Shown here in pieces: positions 58,220 through 64,000 of a stretch of DNA of 64,000 nucleotides. The stretch is from NCBI GenBank assembly GCA_937974555.1, contig CALJKR010000073.1:35118-99117 (forward strand). The letters are read 5' to 3'. The stretch comes from an uncultured Flavobacteriales bacterium (GTDB taxonomy: Bacteria; Bacteroidota; Bacteroidia; Flavobacteriales_D; Sanyastnellaceae). How positions within the stretch are numbered: position 1 is the first letter of the stretch; the number at the start of each line of letters is the position of its first letter. A program made the translations under genes and the position numbers. The notes under the pieces were generated by a model, which was given only the letters and a program-made list of their open reading frames with translations, did not search any database and was not told where the DNA came from.

Positions 58220-58829
58220 CCTGTCACGCTGGATCGAAGATGCCGCAGACCAAGTCGCTACCTTGCCGGGAATCGGGAAGAAAACAGCATTGCGTTTGGT
58301 TTTGCACATGATCAAGAAGTCACCGGAAGAAGTAGCCAAGTTTGCCCAAAGCATTGTAGATGCCAAAGCCAATATCAAAAGTTGTCAAGAATGCCATCAA
58401 CTTTCAGACGATGTGATTTGTGAGATTTGTAAAAATCCCACACGCAATAAAACAGCGGTTTGTGTCGTTCAGGACATTCGTGATGTCTTAGCAGTGGAAA
58501 ATACCGGTCAATTTAATGGGTTGTATCATGTGTTGGGCGGACTAATTTCTCCCATGGAAGGGATTTCCCCATCTGATTTGCACGTGGATTCACTCCTGGA
58601 ACGCATTCAGAAATACCAAGTGCAAGAAGTGATATTGGCTTTGAATGCAACGATGGAAGGAGAGACAACCTCTTTTTACTTGTACCGAAAACTTAGCGCA
58701 TTTGATCTTAAAATTTCTAATATCGCCCGCGGCGTTGCTGTGGGTGGCGAATTAGAATATACCGATGAGGTAACCTTGGGACGAAGCATCATTCATCGTA
58801 CACCTTACGAATCAACTCTGAAACGATGA
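58212..58829 (+). CDS. recR: Recombination protein RecR
   Basis: 205 aa with an HhH motif (LPGIGKKTALRL), a C4 zinc finger (CQECHQLSD..ICEIC) and a Toprim domain. It overlaps both neighbours (8 nt upstream, ATGA downstream). Confidence 0.92.
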   Translation: MPNLSRWIEDAADQVATLPGIGKKTALRLVLHMIKKSPEEVAKFAQSIVDAKANIKSCQECHQLSDDVICEICKNPTRNKTAVCVVQDIRDVLAVENTGQFNGLYHVLGGLISPMEGISPSDLHVDSLLERIQKYQVQEVILALNATMEGETTSFYLYRKLSAFDLKISNIARGVAVGGELEYTDEVTLGRSIIHRTPYESTLKR

Positions 58830-60721
58830 AGCTTTCTGTAATCATTGTCAATTATAATGTCCAGTATTTTTTGGAGCAATGCTTAATGAGTGTTGAGAAA
58901 GCTTTGGTGGGTATTGATGCTGAGGTTTTTGTTGTGGACAATGTTTCCAAAGATGATTCTGTGGAAATGGTTCGAAATAAATTCCCACAAGTTGTATTGA
59001 TTGCCAATCAAGAAAATGTTGGGTTTTCCAGAGCCAATAACCAAGCCATCCGTTTAGCCAAAGGCGAATATGTTTTGCTCTTAAACCCGGATACACTAGT
59101 AGAAGAGGATACTTTTAAGAAGTGCATACAATGGATGGATGAGCATCCACAAGGGGGTGGTTTGGGTGTGCGTATGGTAGATGGATCAGGCAAGTTTCTT
59201 CCTGAATCAAAAAGAGGGATTCCTTTTCCCATGACCTCATTCTACAAGATTTCTGGGTTGTACCGTCTTTTTCCTCATTCTTCCTCCATTAACCATTATT
59301 ACTTGGGTAATCTATCGGAGATGGAGAACAACGAGGTGGAAATTCTCTCAGGGGCATACATGTTTATGCGCAAGAAAGCATTGGATGAGGTAGGATTGTT
59401 GGATGAGGATTTCTTTATGTACGGAGAGGATATCGACTTGTCTTGGCGGATTCTCAAGGGTGGCTACAAGAATTATTATCTGGCGGACACAAGAATTATA
59501 CATTACAAGGGAGAAAGCACCAAAAAGGGCAGTTTAAATTATGTCTATGTGTTTTATCAAGCGATGGACATTTTTGCCAAGAAACACTTCTCGTCCAATG
59601 GGGCGGGTGGCTTCAGTGCTTTGTTGCAATTGGCCATTTGGTTTAGGGCGAGTCTTAGTTTTTGTAAACGAATTGTTTCTGTCTTGACATTTCCAGTTTT
59701 GGATTTATTGATGACTCTGACCTTGTGGTGGTTGGTTAAAAATATTTATTCCGACGCAACGCATATCACCATACCCAATGCCATTGCTATTCCTGCTTTT
59801 GTCATTACAGGCTTGTTTTGGACAACCCAAGCCTGGTTGCAAGGGTTGTATGATCGACCATTGAAGCCCAACAAAACATGGATTGCCATCGGTAAGGCTG
59901 CGGTCTATGTTCTTTTGATTTACAGTTTGCTTCCTGAAACATGGCGTTTTTCTCGATTGCTCATTATCATCGGGTCATTGCTCGCCATGGTTGTATTTTG
60001 GATCAATCGAAAGCTATTGTTGTTGTGGCAAGAAAGGGGTATCGTGAATGTGCAACATGGGATGATTGTCGGATCTGAAGCGGAAAGTACCCGCGTAATG
60101 GCTTTGAGAAAGCAGAGTGTGGAGTTCTCTTTTTCGAGGTTGGATCCCAAGGCATTTGTCTCAGCAGTTTCTGGTCAAACATTGTCCGCCAAAGTACGAA
60201 TTGAGCAAATCACGGAAGTGGTGTTTTGCGCCAAGGATGTGAGTTCGGAATTGATTATTGCGGCCATGAGCCAGCTGTCTAATGCAGGGATAGAAATGAA
60301 AATCGCGCCTCCTGAGTCTTATTTTTTGATTGGAAGTCAGTCTATAGACGGAGTCGGAAATCAAGTGATGGTGGACATCAATTCCATTTCACTACCCGAG
60401 AATAAAAGAAAAAAGAGGTTGTTGGATATTGCAACTTCAGTTTTTGTTTGTTTATTTTTCGCGATGATTGCGTTGTTGGGAAGATGGAGAGGCCATTATT
60501 TCAAGGATGCGCTTGCTGTGTTGTTATCCAAAAAAACATGGGTGGGTTATACGAATAAAACTCCGGGCCTTCCGTTTTTGCCTGTTCCGGTAATTTTGAT
60601 TTACAATGGAGAGATGGAATCGGAACAAAAGGCTAAGTTGGCCATGTTGTATGCCAAGGACTATAATGTGGTCAATGATCTTCGAGTAATTGTGAAGACC
60701 TTTTTTAATATTACTTTCTAA
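58826..60721 (+). CDS. Family 2 glycosyltransferase fused to a membrane domain and a degenerate bacterial-sugar-transferase-like C-terminus
   Basis: 631 aa. The N-terminal GT2 core has LSVIIVNYN, VVDNVSKDDS, LLNPDT and YGEDIDLSWR. Several TM helices follow. The C-terminus has KRLLDIATSVFV... and ...LYAKDYNVVNDLRVIVKTF, which resemble the two ends of a polyprenyl-phosphate sugar transferase domain. Confidence 0.65.
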   Translation: MKLSVIIVNYNVQYFLEQCLMSVEKALVGIDAEVFVVDNVSKDDSVEMVRNKFPQVVLIANQENVGFSRANNQAIRLAKGEYVLLLNPDTLVEEDTFKKCIQWMDEHPQGGGLGVRMVDGSGKFLPESKRGIPFPMTSFYKISGLYRLFPHSSSINHYYLGNLSEMENNEVEILSGAYMFMRKKALDEVGLLDEDFFMYGEDIDLSWRILKGGYKNYYLADTRIIHYKGESTKKGSLNYVYVFYQAMDIFAKKHFSSNGAGGFSALLQLAIWFRASLSFCKRIVSVLTFPVLDLLMTLTLWWLVKNIYSDATHITIPNAIAIPAFVITGLFWTTQAWLQGLYDRPLKPNKTWIAIGKAAVYVLLIYSLLPETWRFSRLLIIIGSLLAMVVFWINRKLLLLWQERGIVNVQHGMIVGSEAESTRVMALRKQSVEFSFSRLDPKAFVSAVSGQTLSAKVRIEQITEVVFCAKDVSSELIIAAMSQLSNAGIEMKIAPPESYFLIGSQSIDGVGNQVMVDINSISLPENKRKKRLLDIATSVFVCLFFAMIALLGRWRGHYFKDALAVLLSKKTWVGYTNKTPGLPFLPVPVILIYNGEMESEQKAKLAMLYAKDYNVVNDLRVIVKTFFNITF

Positions 60722-61154
60722 ACTTAGATTCGTACAAGTTTACCCAGCTTGTAGGAGTGAACTTTTTGGCTAATTCGGCTAGTAAATCCCAAGGGATATC
60801 ATCCAATTTTTTAAATCGAATGCAACTTTTTCCCATGTCCAATTTGGATTTGCAATGCAAAGGATATTGAGCCACAAACCAATCCAATATTTCTTGGTCA
60901 GCATAAATGCCCATGTGATACAAAGAGATGGCGGCTTTCTGTGAAGCCATGCTTAAAAAAGGCAATGGCTCAGCCGGTTTACAATGGTATCCCGCTGGGT
61001 AAGTGGAATGGGGTACAACATATCCAATCATGCCAAAAGACAGGGTTTTTTCAAACCCCTTGGGCAAGTTTTTGTCAAATACAGCAATCAACTTTTCCAT
61101 GATTTCCTTGCGGTCTTCAGGTAATGATGCGAGGATGTCTTGCACGTTGGCCAT
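60711..61154 (-). CDS. DUF1801 (YdhG-like) domain protein
   Basis: 147 aa. The sequence pattern (..GMIGYVVP...LPFLSMASQKAAISLYHMG...CIRFKKLDDI) matches my recollection of DUF1801. Confidence 0.55.
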   Translation of the reverse strand: MANVQDILASLPEDRKEIMEKLIAVFDKNLPKGFEKTLSFGMIGYVVPHSTYPAGYHCKPAEPLPFLSMASQKAAISLYHMGIYADQEILDWFVAQYPLHCKSKLDMGKSCIRFKKLDDIPWDLLAELAKKFTPTSWVNLYESKFRK

Positions 61155-61160
61155 GATTGC

Positions 61161-62813
61161 TTATTTTTTCTTGTGGGTAGTTTTTTTTGCGGGTACAACG
61201 TTTGCCTTTTTGTGGGCCAATGCGGCTTTTACAAAAGCGACAAACAACGGATGGGGATTCATCACGGTGCTTTTGTACTCTGGATGATATTGCGCGGCAA
61301 CATAAAACGGGTGAGAAGGTATTTCCACTACTTCTACCAAACCGGTATCGGGATTCATACCGGTACATTTTAATCCGGCATTTTCAAATTCCGTTTTGTA
61401 TTGATTATTGAATTCATATCGATGGCGATGACGTTCTTCGATGACGTCAGTTCCATAGGCCTTGTACGCTTTGGATTTCTTGTCCAATTTGCAGGTGTAA
61501 GATCCCAAACGCATGGTACCGCCTTTGTTGACGATGGATTTTTGTTCGTCCATCAACGCGATAACCGGATGCGTGGTATTTTCTTTCATTTCTGTACTGT
61601 GGGCATCTTTCCATTTTAAAACATTGCGCGCAAATTCGATGGTGGCCATTTGCATGCCCAAGCATATTCCAAAAAATGGAATATTGTTCTCACGCACATA
61701 ACGAATAGCTTCCAGTTTTCCATCGATTCCTCTGGAACCAAATCCAGGAGCAACCAAGACGCCATCCAATCCTTTGAGTGTCGTGGCTACATTTTTAGGT
61801 AACAATTCTTCTGAGTGAATCCAATGAACATTGACTTTGGTCTCATTGGCAGCGCCGCTATGGTTGAATGCCTCCGCAATGGATTTGTATGCATCTTTCA
61901 ATTCTACATACTTTCCTACCAATCCAATATTGATTTCGTGTTTGGGTTCTTTGTAGCGTTTCAAAAACTGGTTCCACTGGGTCAGATCAGGTTTTTGAGT
62001 GGACTTAACATGCAATTTTTTTAAAACCACCTCATCCAATTTTTCTTCTTGCATCAAAATGGGAACATCATAGATGGTAGGTGCGTCAATGCTTTCAATA
62101 ACAGCATCGGTGGTCACGTTACAGAACTTGGCAATTTTAGAACGCACGGAGGCGCCCAAGGGGTGCTCGGTTCTACAAACCAAAATATCGGGTTGAACCC
62201 CATTTTCCAGCAACATTTTTACGCTGTGCTGTGTAGGTTTGGTTTTTAATTCGCCAGCAGCATTCAAGTAGGGAACCAAAGTCAAATGAATGACGATACA
62301 ATCTTGCTCTTTTTCCCACATCAATTGTCTTACTGTCTCAACGTAAGGCAAGCTTTCAATATCGCCCACAGTTCCCCCAATCTCGGTGATCACAAAATCA
62401 AATTTTTTCTTGTTACCTAAAATTTGAATGCAGCGCTTGATTTCATCTGTGATGTGCGGAATAATCTGCACGGTCTTTCCCAAGTATTCGCCACGACGTT
62501 CTTTCTCAATTACACTTTGGTAGATTCTTCCGGTGGTGATATTATTGGATTGTGAGGTGGGAACGTTCAAAAAACGCTCGTAGTGACCCAAATCCAAATC
62601 GGTTTCTGCGCCATCATCCGTTACAAAACACTCACCGTGCTCATAAGGATTCAATGTTCCTGGATCGATGTTGATATAAGGATCTAACTTTTGGATAGTG
62701 ACCTTAAATCCGCGTGCCTGAAGCAATTTGGCGAGAGAGGCAGAGATGATTCCCTTACCCAATGAAGATGTAACACCGCCGGTTACAAAGATATATTTTG
62801 TGTTGTTGGACAT
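61161..62813 (-). CDS. pyrG: CTP synthase
   Basis: Starts MSNNTKYIFVTGGVTSSLGKGI. The GATase domain has GICLGMQ and HRHRYE. The C-terminus has a short Lys-rich tail. I prefer the ATG at 62813 over the GTG at 62861, because a -7 box lies inside the extension. Confidence 0.95.
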   Translation of the reverse strand: MSNNTKYIFVTGGVTSSLGKGIISASLAKLLQARGFKVTIQKLDPYINIDPGTLNPYEHGECFVTDDGAETDLDLGHYERFLNVPTSQSNNITTGRIYQSVIEKERRGEYLGKTVQIIPHITDEIKRCIQILGNKKKFDFVITEIGGTVGDIESLPYVETVRQLMWEKEQDCIVIHLTLVPYLNAAGELKTKPTQHSVKMLLENGVQPDILVCRTEHPLGASVRSKIAKFCNVTTDAVIESIDAPTIYDVPILMQEEKLDEVVLKKLHVKSTQKPDLTQWNQFLKRYKEPKHEINIGLVGKYVELKDAYKSIAEAFNHSGAANETKVNVHWIHSEELLPKNVATTLKGLDGVLVAPGFGSRGIDGKLEAIRYVRENNIPFFGICLGMQMATIEFARNVLKWKDAHSTEMKENTTHPVIALMDEQKSIVNKGGTMRLGSYTCKLDKKSKAYKAYGTDVIEERHRHRYEFNNQYKTEFENAGLKCTGMNPDTGLVEVVEIPSHPFYVAAQYHPEYKSTVMNPHPLFVAFVKAALAHKKANVVPAKKTTHKKK

Positions 62814-62842
62814 TCCGTAATAGAAAATAGGATTACGGGATA

Positions 62843-62850
62843 CAAAGATA
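62843..62850 (-). promoter_or_regulatory. Putative -7 promoter element (TATCTTTG on minus strand) for pyrG
   Basis: The reverse complement of 62843..62850 is TATCTTTG, 29 nt upstream of the ATG at 62813. Confidence 0.4.
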
Positions 62851-62879
62851 GGGTAGGTCACCCCAAGGTTTCCAATAAA

Positions 62880-63965
62880 TTACATGTTTTGAGTCAATTG
62901 TTTTACCCATTTAAATTCTATCAACCATTCTCGCGCAGCAATGCGCAGAATGGTATACACTGGCAGGGCAACGGCCATAGCTGCTATACCACCCACTGTT
63001 GCTGCTGCCATCAATACAATGAAAAGTTCTAGGGGATGCACTCTTATGCTTCCACCCAATATTAAAGGTTGTACCAAAAAAGCATCTATGCTCTGAGCAA
63101 CAAGATAAACTACGGTTGTTGCGGTGATTAGTCCTCCCATGGTAGTGCCCACTTCCACAGAAAGAGTAGAGGAGATACCTATGAGCAAAGCAAAGCCATA
63201 GGAGATCAGTGGACCCATGTAAGGTATGACGTTCATGAGACCCGAGAAAAGGGCAATCAGCCAGGCGTTGGGGACACCGGCTATGCTGAGCCCAATGCCA
63301 ATCATCACGGTCATTAGCAAGATTTGTATGATGAGTCCACCAAAATACCGTGATAATGTCTTTTTGGTATGAAGGACAATATTTTTCATCTTGTCTACAT
63401 GTTGATCTGGGGTGACGGAAAGCAAGATTTTATAAAACAAATCTTCATCTTTAAGAAAAAAGAAGGACATGAAGAGAACCGAGATAAATCCGCCAACCAC
63501 GGCAAAAATCCAACTCAAGGCATCGGAAAAGTAGGCAGAGAAATAAGAGACACTTAGCCTTTGTTGGGTTTCTTCAAAAAGGGCAAGGTAAGCTTCGGAT
63601 TGAATGCCATTGTCATGCAACCATTGCATTTGTTGGGGAAAGTGAATGGAAAGGTTTTGTTCGATTTGATTGATATCGATTTGTTGAATCATCGCAATCT
63701 CAGATTGGATGAGCGGATAGAATAGTGCTACGATACCAGACAATAGGCCAATCATGATGACCAGTGTAACGACAGCCCCAATCCAGCGCGGCATTTTCCA
63801 TTGTTTCCATTTTATTTTTTCAAATTGATCTACCAGGGGGTCGCCGACAAAACCCACCACCGCGGCCAAGACCATGTAGAACAATATTTTTCTAAAGACA
63901 TAAACCAAACAGCCAACGGCCAAAATGAGGATAAGGATCCACCAGTAGTTTTGTTCTTTTTTCAT
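62880..63965 (-). CDS. AI-2E family transporter (PerM/YhhT-like permease)
   Basis: About 361 aa polytopic membrane protein with the typical AI-2E layout (..NVIPYMGPLIS.., C-terminal PLELFIVLMA). I prefer the ATG at 63965 (MKKEQNYWW) over the TTG at 63986. Confidence 0.7.
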   Translation of the reverse strand: MKKEQNYWWILILILAVGCLVYVFRKILFYMVLAAVVGFVGDPLVDQFEKIKWKQWKMPRWIGAVVTLVIMIGLLSGIVALFYPLIQSEIAMIQQIDINQIEQNLSIHFPQQMQWLHDNGIQSEAYLALFEETQQRLSVSYFSAYFSDALSWIFAVVGGFISVLFMSFFFLKDEDLFYKILLSVTPDQHVDKMKNIVLHTKKTLSRYFGGLIIQILLMTVMIGIGLSIAGVPNAWLIALFSGLMNVIPYMGPLISYGFALLIGISSTLSVEVGTTMGGLITATTVVYLVAQSIDAFLVQPLILGGSIRVHPLELFIVLMAAATVGGIAAMAVALPVYTILRIAAREWLIEFKWVKQLTQNM

Positions 63966-64000
63966 GTCAATATTTGGGATGAGCAAAGTAAACGGTTTTT

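Noticed and set aside
1-64000. Search for tRNA/rRNA/ncRNA genes, riboswitches, mobile elements, prophage, toxin-antitoxin or defence systems.
   Set aside because: Intergenic regions are all at most about 150 nt and are occupied by promoter-like boxes or terminators. No integrase, transposase, recombinase, restriction, Cas or abortive-infection-like proteins were recognisable in any of the listed ORFs.

Overview
This is a compact chromosomal segment from a Bacteroidota genome, probably Flavobacteriia-like; I cannot fix the exact taxon from sequence alone. I count about 43 protein-coding genes with very little intergenic space. I found no rRNA or tRNA genes, no CRISPR array and no transposase, integrase or phage genes. 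The backbone is housekeeping: maeB, ruvA, ruvC, glyA, purA, fur-like, relA/spoT, recQ, kdsD, tatC, pgk, pnuC plus an RNK-type kinase, a fused 2-oxoacid dehydrogenase E1, recR and pyrG. A cell-envelope polysaccharide operon (GT2, orphan ABC permease, fcl, outer-membrane barrel, WecA-like) ends stop-to-stop against the 3' end of sprA. The notable feature is a dense concentration of type IX secretion (T9SS) genes. These are the SprA translocon, one PorP/SprF-family gene and six predicted T9SS cargo genes (five with type-A C-terminal domains, one with type B). Three of the cargo genes encode very large Cys/Asp-rich mosaic proteins of 2245, 1348 and 1089 aa. They share MopE-like DxDGDG/CxxDxDC repeats and several short cysteine modules that I cannot assign to a named family. 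The most interesting items are: (1) this mega-protein family and its unassigned mini-modules, whose internal copies are conserved at protein level but heavily diverged at synonymous sites; (2) a T9SS-targeted fusion of a cytochrome-c-like domain to a PHM/DBH-type copper monooxygenase, translationally coupled to two small secreted proteins; (3) a type-B CTD cargo gene paired with a PorP/SprF gene. All calls come from reading the ORF translations and the DNA by eye. No database search or computation was run, so family names are recollections to be confirmed.
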